From Williopsis jadinii (taxonomy: Eukaryota): DNA of 64,000 nucleotides. Below are positions 22,804-34,627 of the stretch, one piece after another. The DNA is taken from positions 1,922,001 through 1,986,000 of the forward strand of contig AP024664.1 of assembly GCA_024346625.1 (NCBI GenBank), read 5' to 3'. The notes under the pieces were generated by a model, which was given only the letters and a program-made list of their open reading frames with translations, was not told where the DNA came from and made no database searches. Positions within the stretch are counted from its first letter, which is position 1, and every line of letters starts with the position of its first letter. The translations under genes were made by a program, and so were the position numbers.

Positions 22804-23742
22804 ATGTCATCATAAAATACAATTAAATCAACAGACAAGAAGCAGTGCTATCCTGCCAACTCTGTACAGTCGGAGACGAATTCGTTTGAAAGAGGTGATA
22901 TCGGAAACACAACGCTCGGTGAGGTCGACAAGGAAGGTTACCACCATTAGCTCAGACAGAACTTCAACGTCTGGAACGTACCACTTCCATATATCTTCTC
23001 TGCTGCTCTGTATACCTCTCGTTTGTTACTATCACAATAACTATGCTGGCATGCTCTAGTGGTCATTACCAGCCAGCCAGTTTCGTGTTCAAGGACTTTG
23101 AGAACAACACTGGCTGGTCTTCAGCTGGTATTGCCTTCATTGTTGGTTTAATCAACCGAGCCTGGTCGTTCTCTTGTCTCGACTGTGCCACCCATATGGC
23201 TGAAGAGATTGTTGAGCCCGAACGTTGGATTCCTGTTTCCATCTTGTCGACAGTTGCTATTAGATTTGCCACACCGTTCTGTTATGCGATTTCCATGTTC
23301 TTCTGCATTAGGAACTTGGATGCTATTCTAAGTTCCACCACGGGAGTTCCAATCTTGGATATCTTCTATCAAGCGTTAGGTAACAAACATGGTGCCCTGT
23401 GTCTTGCTTCTGGTGTGCTATTGTTGGTTGTATTTACATGGGGTTCACAACGGCGTACAATGCCATGGTTACTGGCTGTATCACATTCTTGCTGCTGTCA
23501 TATTCCACTCCAATTTGTCTCTTGTACAAGGGAAGAGACAACATCAAGCACGGTCCTTTCTGGCTGGGTAAGTTTGGTCTTTTCTCCAACATTGTAACAA
23601 TCTGTTGGACCACTTTTGCCTGGGTCTTTTTCTGTTTCCCATTCTCAATGCCAGTTGATAAGGATTCTATGAATTATGCAGCTGTTGTACTTGTTGCCAT
23701 GATTCTCTATGCGCTCATATACTGGTTTGCTGAGGATCACCG
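22804..23742 (+). pseudogene. HNM1: HNM1-like amine permease pseudogene
   Basis: Aligns by eye to the copies at 26280 and 29112. Stops TAA (22813) and TAG (22948); internal deletions of about 429, 7 and 166 nt; homology lost after about 23742. Confidence 0.9.
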
Positions 23743-26279
23743 AAAGATTCGAACTGTTATAGCTGTATACTGTCAATACTTGATTCAGTTGCGTAACACT
23801 TCAACTGGTGTAGCCCTGTTGCTGAATTTTCCAAAAATGTACTAAAGTACTTTGATATGCTCGTCTTCAATAATGGCAAGAGATTTCATACAATGCAGTG
23901 CTGTGTACTTTCATCACAGGGTATCACTATAGGAAGAGAAGCACGTGTGACAGGAACGTTAACTCTCAGCTAATTTAATCACTGAGAAGTAATCGAGCCA
24001 GGCAAAAGTTTTGTGATCGAATAGCGTGAAACTGGTTGGCGTAAGATGCCAACTACAAGACCTCCAGTTCAAACAGAAGGCTACCAGTAGTCTTAGTTAA
24101 AGGTTTAAATTACAATGCGATATATTGGAATAGCTAATTCCACCGTAATAAACGTGGCAAGTCGAATTTCAAGCCTAGAGTGAATTTACACATGTAGTAT
24201 TTCAACCATTGCACCGCCAAAAGCTCATAATTGAAAGAGCTGAGATTCTGTCTATGGTCATGTTTTGGCGACACCGCCACAAGCGAAATTAATCACAGGG
24301 AGAGCATGTTCATCATTGATTGCTAAGCGGAAGGTTCTTGGATAGATGATCTTGATTACCATTATCAAGCTAATCGGCTACGCTAGGAGTGTTGAGATAA
24401 AGAAGTAACAGATCTAACTATACCCAGAATCACAAATAACACACATCCCAGATAATCAACTTGCGTTTAATTGATTGATTATTTCCCTTATCTGACGCCC
24501 AGCAAATGGCTGACCATCAAAATTCGAATTCAGTAACAGTACTGAAGTACTTGTTTACTAGCAGTTATTTTACACCGTAGATCACATATACCAGGGGGAT
24601 TTTACAAAATATCATTAGCACCAGTGAAGCACATGCAGACGTCATGCATGCCCTGATAGATATGTTTACAAGGACGCTGAGGGAATTGGTCAAACTTTAG
24701 CCGGATTGGGTGCAACGCATGGCTATGGACTTTGAAACAGAGAGTCGAGGGGGAATTTCGAAAGCTTTTATATGTCCTATCACTTCGTGGAGTGGGCACG
24801 GCGTAAACAAGGCTATGGGCTCGGGGACAATCCGTGGAGAGTTTATCTTGCTTTACCTCATATCACATAATTCATGTGGAGTTTGGAGAATAGACCAAAT
24901 CAGAGATGTGCTATTACAAATGCACATTTTGATCATACTGGTGTAGTCAAATCATCTGTAGCGTACTGGTTCAAAAACAACCAAGACATGTTTTAAGATT
25001 TAAACCGTGATAGTGTAGATAACGCTGCGCAGACTGCACGTGTTTGTCATGTGCTCATTGCGGTTGGACCCTCCATATTCAGCATGTAGATGACAATAGA
25101 TACCAGGGACTACAATAATCTATTCGATCACGGTCGGAGCATGGGCTGCACATGAAGATGTGTGACAAGCTATCTCCAAATTGGAGGCCAAGTTGCTTTG
25201 GCTAATCAAATTCACACTGGTGACCGAATCCTGTACCACACACACTCCGCAGGACCATATCTTACGCCTCCTTTTGGAGCCTCAGTCCGGAAAATACAGG
25301 GTTGTCAAAATATCTCCAGATATGAGTCTCCCGGAAAGAAGAGTGTAATGTATGGATGTGACTTTATACCTCTCTAACCAGGCCTTTGATTTACGTAGCC
25401 GTTCCTGGAAGAAGAGGCTTATAATTTCCCTTGGGGATTACAAATTTACCAACTGTTTAATGCTATTCAACAGAGCTGGATATGGACAAGGAACAGACTT
25501 GGGAATATTGTCGTTATTTCCACGTCAAGCTTTTACTCTTTCTTAGCCATCTACATCAACATTGAGAAGTTCAAAGCGTTTAACACCAAAATCGGCTGTT
25601 CAAGATAACGACAAGCGCACATGACTTCCGCTAGAGCGACGGAGCCTGCAACCAAAACCTCACAAGAAAAGTGGTCAGCAGCTGGAGTTTGCCGGCCGGA
25701 TCAATTCCTCCTTGTGCTTCACCTAATCGTACCAATTCTTCCGGAACTTAACCGTAGAGAGGGTCCTAATTATTAATCAATGGCTACTACAACACGTCCA
25801 AGACTGTCACATAGAAGTAACGACATACATACGTTAAACTCTGACACTTTCGGCCCAATAACGCGTCTCACAAGATTCGTCCAAGTTCCCGCGACATTGT
25901 GGAGAGCGAGAGAGACAGAGAGCGTCGATATCGAATTTTTACCCAAAGCAGACTTTCTCACCAAGACGCCCTGGGTAAAGGTTCCAGCTGAGCCTCATGC
26001 GCTGCAAACCGAAATACAAAAGTTGCAGCGGCAGCAGCAGCAGCAACCGTTTATCACGACGGGCCACGACGATAACGAAGTATAGAGAAACTCTCCAGGC
26101 CTTGAATTACACAGATCAACGTTGAAAAAGATGATACGCGGCTCTTATCAGCGCCCCAATCTGGCAAGGTTGTTGAACAATATAATTCGGAGGTGTGGTC
26201 GACGCATATAAAATCGCCTACAGATCACCTCCACAAAGTTCGACAAATCAGCGTGGGTCGAGATTCTCAAGAACAAGTA

Positions 26280-27911
26280 ATGTCTTCATCAACCACAAGA
26301 CTCTCAATAGATAAGAAACAGCCTTATCAAATCAGCTCTGTACAGTCGGAGACGAATTCGTTTGAAAGAGGTGATGTCGAGAACACAACGCTCGGTGAGG
26401 TTGACAAGGAAGGTTACCACCATGAGCTCAGAAAGAACTTCAACATCTGGTCTTTGCTGGGTGTTGGTTTCGGTCTGACAAACTCGTGGTTTGGTATCTC
26501 TGCATCCTTGGTGACAGGTATCTCTTCTGGTGGCCCGATGCTTATTGTATATGGTATCATGATCGTGGCAGCCATCTCCATATGTATCGGAACATCTCTA
26601 TCTGAGTTAGTGAGCGCGTTCCCCGAGAACTCTGGTGGTCAATACTACTGGACTTTTAAGCTGGCGCCTAAGAAGTACAGAAGATTCTGGGCTTACATGT
26701 GTGGTTCGATGGCATGGTTTGGATCCATTTTCACCACGGCCTCTGTTACGATCTCCATTGCATCAGCAATCTGTGGTATGTACAACTTGTCCACTGGTAG
26801 AGACTCATTGCCAAAGACATGGGAGGTGTTTGTTGCTTTCGAACTCACCAACTTGTTCCTTGTGTTTTTCAACATTTGGAATGAACCACTTCCATATATC
26901 TCCTCTGCTGCTCTGTACACTTCTCTTTTCTCGTTTGTTACTATCACGATAACTGTGCTGGCGTGCTCTAGTGGTCATTTCCAACCACCAAGTTTCGTGT
27001 TCAAGGAATTTGAGAACAACACTGGTTGGTCGTCAGCTGGTATTGCCTTCATTGTTGGCTTAATCAACCCAGCCTGGTCGTTCTCTTGTCTTGACTGTGC
27101 CACCCACATGGCCGAAGAGATTGTTGAACCAGAACGTTGGATTCCAATTTCTATTTTGTCTACTGTTGCCATTGGTTTCACAACCTCGTTCTCATATGCT
27201 ATTGCTATGTTCTTTTCTGTTAGAAACTTGGATTCCATTTTAGACTCCACGACAGGTGTTCCAATCTTGGATATCTTCTATCAAGCATTAGGTAACAAGC
27301 ATGGTGCACTGTGTCTTGAAGCACTGATCGTTATGACAGCTTTTGGCTGCAACATTGCGTGCATGACATGGCAAGCTCGTCTTTGCTGGTCATTTGCTAG
27401 AGACGAAGGTATTCCGGGCTCTCGTTACTGGTCCCAAGTCAATACGAAGACCAAGCTGCCTGTGAATGCGCACTTGATGTCTTGCTTCTGGTGTGCCATT
27501 GTTGGCTGTATCTATATGGGTTCCACAACTGCTTATAACGCCATGGTTACTGGCTGTATCACATTTTTGCTGCTGTCATATTCCATTCCTATTGTTTGTC
27601 TCTTGTACAAGGGAAGAGACAACATCAAGCACGGTCCTTTCTGGATGGGTAAGTTTGGTCTTTTCTCCAACATTGTAACAATCTGTTGGACCATTTTTGC
27701 CTGGGTCTTTTTCTGTTTTCCTTTTACAATGCCAGTTGATAAGGATTCTATGAATTATGCAGCTGTAGTGCTTGCTGCTATGATTCTCTATGCTGTGATC
27801 TATTGGTTTGCAAGAGGCCACCGCCGCTTTGCGCTCAACCACCCTGAATTCGATTCTGACGACAGCATGGAAAGTGTGTTGGAGTTAGATGATCGTCCAA
27901 AGACCGCCTAG
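26280..27911 (+). CDS. HNM1: Choline/ethanolamine (ACT-family APC) permease, copy A
   Basis: GFGLTNSWFGISASL, GGQYYW and AWSFSCLDCATHMAEE motifs; multiple TM segments. ATG 26280 is supported by alignment to the pseudogene start. Confidence 0.9.
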   Translation: MSSSTTRLSIDKKQPYQISSVQSETNSFERGDVENTTLGEVDKEGYHHELRKNFNIWSLLGVGFGLTNSWFGISASLVTGISSGGPMLIVYGIMIVAAISICIGTSLSELVSAFPENSGGQYYWTFKLAPKKYRRFWAYMCGSMAWFGSIFTTASVTISIASAICGMYNLSTGRDSLPKTWEVFVAFELTNLFLVFFNIWNEPLPYISSAALYTSLFSFVTITITVLACSSGHFQPPSFVFKEFENNTGWSSAGIAFIVGLINPAWSFSCLDCATHMAEEIVEPERWIPISILSTVAIGFTTSFSYAIAMFFSVRNLDSILDSTTGVPILDIFYQALGNKHGALCLEALIVMTAFGCNIACMTWQARLCWSFARDEGIPGSRYWSQVNTKTKLPVNAHLMSCFWCAIVGCIYMGSTTAYNAMVTGCITFLLLSYSIPIVCLLYKGRDNIKHGPFWMGKFGLFSNIVTICWTIFAWVFFCFPFTMPVDKDSMNYAAVVLAAMILYAVIYWFARGHRRFALNHPEFDSDDSMESVLELDDRPKTA

Positions 27912-28708
27912 ACTGAATGCCCGGTGCATTACGGCTTCTCTGTGGACTTATATAGTTGGACTTCGGTCGTGTTTAATTTGGTTTTACCTTCGACAGTGTG
28001 TGTAGTATAGGGCCCGAGAGGTTAGTTACTTGCTGTATTGTTAGCGCTTGGGTTGTGTAAGCACAGGAACGTAGCGTCGCTCACGACACTGCTGGAGCCT
28101 CTCTAAGAGAAGAATTCCAGTAACAGTAACAGAACAAACACTGCGGTAGAAATAAGAAGACTTGGCCAGAAGTCTCCAGTCTTCACCATCTCTCTACAAA
28201 CTGACAGCTTTCACAGTGCCACAAGGCACGGTTAAACCAACAGTAGGGCTGTAAACACTAAACAAACTTACAGAAGGAGCACACACCTGAACACCAACCA
28301 GTCTGTTCGGGACACTCCTCTTGGTGTAAGGATGTTACCGCATACGCAAACGCCATGGCCCGCGGGTTCAGCACTGCTGTTCCGTGCGGGTGTGCGCGCG
28401 TGTGCACGGTTGCCGTTTATGGAAGAGGGCCCACCTTGGCTGTTATACAGCTCAAGGCGAAAAAAGGCATCAATTCAAAATTCCTATGGAATTATGATAG
28501 TGCTTATGGCTACTGTCAGGATTAGGCGAAATGTTTCACGATGTTTTGACACCTTTTATCAACTACATTTCCCCCCGTAACCAGTGCTCATCGTTCTTGC
28601 AACTCCAACAAACAACTTGCAACAGAATATGGCACTAACATCATAGCCAACGACTGGCGATAAAAGAGCAGTCACAAAACCAGACACCCACACCAGTTTG
28701 CAAAATCA

Positions 28709-28761
28709 CATGTGAAAAAAAGTCACAGAATAAGGGAACCGCTCGGGAGACCATGTGAAAA
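28709..28761. promoter_or_regulatory. Two ICRE/UAS-INO-like elements (CATGTGAAAA)
   Basis: CATGTGAAAA at 28709 and 28752, 350-400 bp upstream of HNM1 copy B; matches the Ino2/Ino4 consensus. Confidence 0.6.
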
Positions 28762-29111
28762 AATTTAAAAGCAGGGAGAGAATACACTCCACTGTCCACT
28801 CCACACAGTACAAACTCCATTCGAACTCATAGTGAGAACTATTTTCCAATAGCGGTACTTGAACGGTTTAACTTCCGAAACGGTGTTTAGCGTCTTAAAA
28901 GAGTACTCACAGGGCTTAAATTACGCGTGTTGAGTTTGATATAGGCGGTTCTTGTGCTACAGAGATCAGTTTTCGAGATCAGTTTTTCGTCCCGCAATTT
29001 TACATACAGCGTGAAAGCTGCGAAAGAAATAACATTGCTCTACAACTGTTGATCAGCATCGTTTGCTATATAAGGGCTCACTGGTGTTACGTTCAAGATT
29101 GGTGAACTATA

Positions 29112-30776
29112 ATGGCTTCTAAATTATTCAAGGGACTTGTGTCCACAACAAGCTCAGCAAGCTCTATGGAGAAGCAGCCGACTGACCAGATAAAGTCGCT
29201 GGACCTGGAGTCGAATTCCGTGGATAGAGGCGAGTCTGAAAGTACCTTTGTTGGTCAGGTGGACAAGGAAGGTTACCACCATGATTTGAGAAAAAAGTTT
29301 AATATCTTCTCGCTTTTGGGTGTTGGTTTTGGTTTGACAAACTCATGGTTTGGTATCTCTGCGTCCTTGGTCACTGGTATCTCCTCTGGTGGTCCGATGC
29401 TCATTGTGTACGGTATTATCATCGTTGCGGCCGTCTCCGTGTGTATTGGTGTTTCGCTTTCAGAACTGGTGAGTGCGTTCCCAGAAAACTCTGGTGGCCA
29501 ATACTACTGGACTTTCAAACTGGCACCTAAGAAGTACAAAAGATTCTGGGCTTATATGTGTGGTTCGATGGCGTGGTTTGGTTCCATCTTCTCAACGTCT
29601 TCAACCACTTTGGCTGTTGCCTCTGCGATCTGCGGTATGTACAACTTGTCCACAGGTAGAGAAACAGCTCCAAAGACATGGGAGGTGTTCGTTACTTTTG
29701 AATTGTTGATTTTGGTGTTGCTGCTTTTCAACATTTGGGATAGACCTCTTCCGTACATCACATCTGCTGCATTGTACGTTTCACTGTTCTCCTTTGTCAC
29801 GATCTCAATTACTGTGCTTGCATGCTCTAGTGGTCATTACCAGCCAGCCAGTTTCGTCTTCAAGGACTTTGAGAACAACACTGGCTGGTCTTCAGCTGGT
29901 ATTGCTTTCATTGTTGGTTTAATCAACCCAGCCTGGTCGTTCTCTTGTCTCGACTGTGCCACCCACATGGCTGAAGAGATTGTTGAGCCCGAACGTTGGA
30001 TTCCTGTTTCCATCTTGTCGACAGTTGCTATTGGATTTGCCACATCGTTCTGTTATGCAATTTCCATGTTCTTCTGCATTAAAAACTTGGATGCTATTCT
30101 AAGTTCCACCACGGGAGTTCCAATCTTGGATATCTTCTATCAAGCGTTAGGTAACAAACATGGTGCCCTGTGTCTTGAAGCACTTATTGTCTTGACCGCT
30201 TTTGGCTGTAACATTTCTGGTATGACATGGCAAGCTCGTCTCTGCTGGTCATTTGCAAGAGACGATGGTATTCCAGGTTCACGTTACTGGTCAGAGGTTA
30301 ACAAGAAGACCAGGTTACCAGTGAATGCTCATGTGTTTTCATGTTTCTGGTGTTGTGTTGTCGGTTGTATCTACATGGGTTCTACAACGGCTTATAACGC
30401 CATGGTTACTGGTTGTATTACATTCTTGCTTTTGTCATACGCCATTCCTATTGTTTGCCTTTTGATTAAAGGGAGAAACAACATCAAGCACGGTCCTTTC
30501 TGGCTGGGTCATTTCGGTCTGTTTTCAAACATTATGACTCTTGCTTGGACCATTTTTGCCTGTGTCTTCTTCTGTTTTCCATTTACAATGCCTGTCGATA
30601 AGGACAACATGAATTACGCATCTGTTGTGCTTGTTGGTATGTGTCTTTACTCTGTGGTCTATTGGTACATTAGAGGTCGTCGCCGTTTCGCACTCAACCG
30701 TCCTGAGGTTGAAGATGATGCTGATGACAACCTTGATGGCATCCTAGAGTTAGACGACCATCCAAAAAAGGCATGA
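29112..30776 (+). CDS. HNM1: Choline/ethanolamine permease, copy B (tandem paralog)
   Basis: 554 aa, same motifs as copy A, highly similar throughout. Confidence 0.9.
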   Translation: MASKLFKGLVSTTSSASSMEKQPTDQIKSLDLESNSVDRGESESTFVGQVDKEGYHHDLRKKFNIFSLLGVGFGLTNSWFGISASLVTGISSGGPMLIVYGIIIVAAVSVCIGVSLSELVSAFPENSGGQYYWTFKLAPKKYKRFWAYMCGSMAWFGSIFSTSSTTLAVASAICGMYNLSTGRETAPKTWEVFVTFELLILVLLLFNIWDRPLPYITSAALYVSLFSFVTISITVLACSSGHYQPASFVFKDFENNTGWSSAGIAFIVGLINPAWSFSCLDCATHMAEEIVEPERWIPVSILSTVAIGFATSFCYAISMFFCIKNLDAILSSTTGVPILDIFYQALGNKHGALCLEALIVLTAFGCNISGMTWQARLCWSFARDDGIPGSRYWSEVNKKTRLPVNAHVFSCFWCCVVGCIYMGSTTAYNAMVTGCITFLLLSYAIPIVCLLIKGRNNIKHGPFWLGHFGLFSNIMTLAWTIFACVFFCFPFTMPVDKDNMNYASVVLVGMCLYSVVYWYIRGRRRFALNRPEVEDDADDNLDGILELDDHPKKA

Positions 30777-30918
30777 AACACACACATTCATATCAAAGAT
30801 ATTTATAGTTACTCTGTTTACATAGATTCGATTTAGTCATTTTATTCATATTAATACTTGATTTGTTCCCTAATCTGAAGCTTGTAAGTGTATACGTTGG
30901 TCTCTTTCTTCTTTGGTT

Positions 30919-32322
30919 TTACACGTTTGGAAGTTTAGCTAAGCACATCTCTGGAACCACGCCACGACCTTCGTTAATGTAATGACCGACTTCGTTGTCT
31001 AGGAGTATGCTACCATGTACATCAACCTTTTCCACTAAACACCAACCGTCAGTGTGGCTTGCCAGTATCTTGAAATGCTCCCCTTTGTTAATATTGAGCT
31101 CGTCAGCAAGGGCTTTGCGGTAGTTCGTAATGGCCACATATATGTTTTCATCCTTATACTTTGAATGGTCAACGACAGGTGTTGTGGTGTTTGCACGTTG
31201 GCTAACGATCTTTTCGAAGTCCTTGAGTGAAGCTGAGGTTATTGCTTGTGATGAAGAGTTTGATGGTGAAGGTCTCGACGGCAGAGGTTTATCACTAAAT
31301 GTTAATCTCTTCAATGTCTTAGTCTTAGAGTTCTTTGGACCGGCCTTTCTATGTTTGTCTAGCTTGAGCTTTGGAACCGAGTCTGTTTCGGTATTTACTG
31401 GCACCGTCTGGTTCGTTGTTTCACTCCTATCAATAGATACTGAATGGCTCATGGTATGAGAAGAACCGGGAAAGTACGATGGTTGTGGGAAGCAGGGACT
31501 CACTGGTGATTTCTCAACCACTTCAGACCTTTTGGACTTGTGTAATTTGAATTCCTTAAGTGCTACCACTGGTGAGAATGGTGATACCTTTATGCTTTCT
31601 CGAGGTGTGGGGCTGGAAACTCTTGTATGATTCATAAACCATTTACTCAGTGGACTGTTTAGGGTCCATTTGGAGTTCACTTGATCAACATGGGGGTCTT
31701 TCAAGCTGATCTCAGAGTTGGCAAACTTTTCGTAAATAGCAGGGTTCTCAGTTAGGGTTTCAGCACTATTATGTGGTACCTTTGCCCGAACTTTATAGAC
31801 ACCCCTCATACTTTCATTGAATGAATACTGAGAGCCAGGGTCTGGTGATGGTGTTGCTTTCCACTTATACTCATCGTGGAAGTAATGTTTCAACATATCG
31901 CTAGTTTTAGCCTCTTTATTACTCTTTCTGTGGAAGTAGTACCAGACACCGAATATCAGGAGACAAACGCCAATCACAGCAACCGGTATACCTATGACAA
32001 GTCCGATATTGGTGTAATTCGTATTATTAGTGACCTTGAATTGTCTGATGCCGCTGTTTGCACTCGAGGTCAATGATGATGGTGATGATGATGACTGTAT
32101 AACTGTTGAAGATGAGAGTGAAGAAGCCAGTGCAGTTAAGGTAGACAGTGAACGGATTGTAGATATTGTACTCGGCTCTGATGTTATTGACGACGATGAA
32201 AGTGATGATGACGTAGTGGATGTCACCAAGACATCCAGAACTCCTTGTACTATAACTGTTTGCGTCTCCTGCACCGTGGTTTCCACCGTTGTCGATTGGT
32301 CCAATGATACCGTAGTCGTCAT
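30919..32322 (-). CDS. FUS1: Cell-fusion membrane protein Fus1
   Basis: S/T-rich N terminus, one TM helix (IGLVIGIPVAV...), C-terminal SH3 (ALADELNI...HTDGWCLVEK...GRGVVPEMCL). First ATG is 32322. Confidence 0.85.
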   Translation of the reverse strand: MTTTVSLDQSTTVETTVQETQTVIVQGVLDVLVTSTTSSSLSSSSITSEPSTISTIRSLSTLTALASSLSSSTVIQSSSSPSSLTSSANSGIRQFKVTNNTNYTNIGLVIGIPVAVIGVCLLIFGVWYYFHRKSNKEAKTSDMLKHYFHDEYKWKATPSPDPGSQYSFNESMRGVYKVRAKVPHNSAETLTENPAIYEKFANSEISLKDPHVDQVNSKWTLNSPLSKWFMNHTRVSSPTPRESIKVSPFSPVVALKEFKLHKSKRSEVVEKSPVSPCFPQPSYFPGSSHTMSHSVSIDRSETTNQTVPVNTETDSVPKLKLDKHRKAGPKNSKTKTLKRLTFSDKPLPSRPSPSNSSSQAITSASLKDFEKIVSQRANTTTPVVDHSKYKDENIYVAITNYRKALADELNINKGEHFKILASHTDGWCLVEKVDVHGSILLDNEVGHYINEGRGVVPEMCLAKLPNV

Positions 32323-32479
32323 GCTCAACTATATGGAAGACGTGAAGATTGGTACATAGAAGAGGAAAGGAACAGAAACGCCTACTTTAATTACCATGAG
32401 CGGTTTGAGTAAGCGATTCCCTCCACCATTTAAGCTTCTCCAGGAATATTCCCACATTGTTCATACATTTGATGGCTGG

Positions 32480-32505
32480 TGTTTCATCGTATGCGAGTTG
32501 TTTCA
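32480..32505 (-). promoter_or_regulatory. Two pheromone response elements (Ste12, TGAAACA)
   Basis: TGTTTCA at 32480-32486 and 32499-32505, about 160-180 bp upstream of FUS1. Confidence 0.7.
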
Positions 32506-32802
32506 GAATTGATTCATTACAAAACCGAATGGAAACTTCCATATACCGAAACGAGGGAATGCGTACTACATGATAAACATCAACCATAGTACGTGTTACA
32601 TATCTCTGTCAATTAACAAATGCTACTACGGTGAAACCAATCAAAGTCTTCACCGTATCATCACCATCTCCTAGACGTTCATGTACGTTGAAGCACTCGG
32701 TGTACCGCAGGGCATTGAAAAAATCATTATAAATACCCAAACAGGAAATTACCAGGTTCGGCTTAACTATGGGGCTAAAAAACTTTAAAAAAAGACCCAA
32801 AC

Positions 32803-32822
32803 AAATTTTCAAGCGATGAGCT
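32803..32822. promoter_or_regulatory. RRPE + PAC upstream of KRR1
   Basis: AAATTTTCA immediately followed by GCGATGAGCT. Confidence 0.7.
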
Positions 32823-32827
32823 TCTGA

Positions 32828-33952
<1,125 letters not shown>

Positions 33953-34523
33953 TACGAATAAGACCTATGGAGAAAAGCCACTGACTCTAGCAGAGTTACG
34001 TGCACACGTCACGACGTGGATAACCTCTCTCCCATAGACATGCCATGTTACCATACTTTGCTGTTCAAGTTACTGTAGTTACTGTAGTTACCTCTTCACC
34101 GGGGCGCGTCGGAAAAACCGCTAACTCGCGAGCCCATCCACAGTTAACGCATCGGCAAAACACCAGCGAACTGTCGGAATAACAAGAGACAAAGCGTCAG
34201 TCATGTCGCTTGCCCACAGGTGAAGCAAAGGAGTCCAACTTATTGCAATACAGCACTAACCAATTCGACTTAACCAACAACAACGGAAAGCACTTAGAGA
34301 GACTCCGCTACTTCGTCATATTCTCAGTGGAATCAATTGATGCCCCAGAAGAATACCGGGAACAAAAGTGAGAGCGTCCAGGCAAAGAAGGGAAAACGCG
34401 CGCTGTCCAATTCCGACAACTTTCATTGATCCCACCACCTTTTTATAGACGTTAGCCGCTGGAACAGTCTCGTGGAAAAGAATAAGGCCAAAAACCACAA
34501 AAACCCATACAGGCCAAAAAAAC

Positions 34524-34524
<1 letters not shown>

Positions 34525-34557
<33 letters not shown>
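34525..34557. repeat. (CAA)n trinucleotide run upstream of PIK1
   Basis: About 11 CAA units in non-coding DNA. Confidence 0.9.
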
Positions 34558-34627
34558 ACAGTCTACGGAGACAAACTCGAACCCTTCAGAAGAGGGCGGC
34601 TAACAATTCAACTGTTTACCATTCACG

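Noticed and set aside
23043..23845. Overlapping permease ORFs as programmed frameshift or spliced gene
   Set aside because: Explained by a 166-nt deletion plus upstream premature stops; no slippery site or splice signals.
23850..25900. 2-kb gene-free region as LTR, transposon or centromere
   Set aside because: No terminal repeats, target-site duplication, gag/pol remnants or extreme AT content. The short ORFs lack motifs.
28390..28408. Alternating purine-pyrimidine tract (possible Z-DNA)
   Set aside because: Only about 19 nt, with no other evidence of function.
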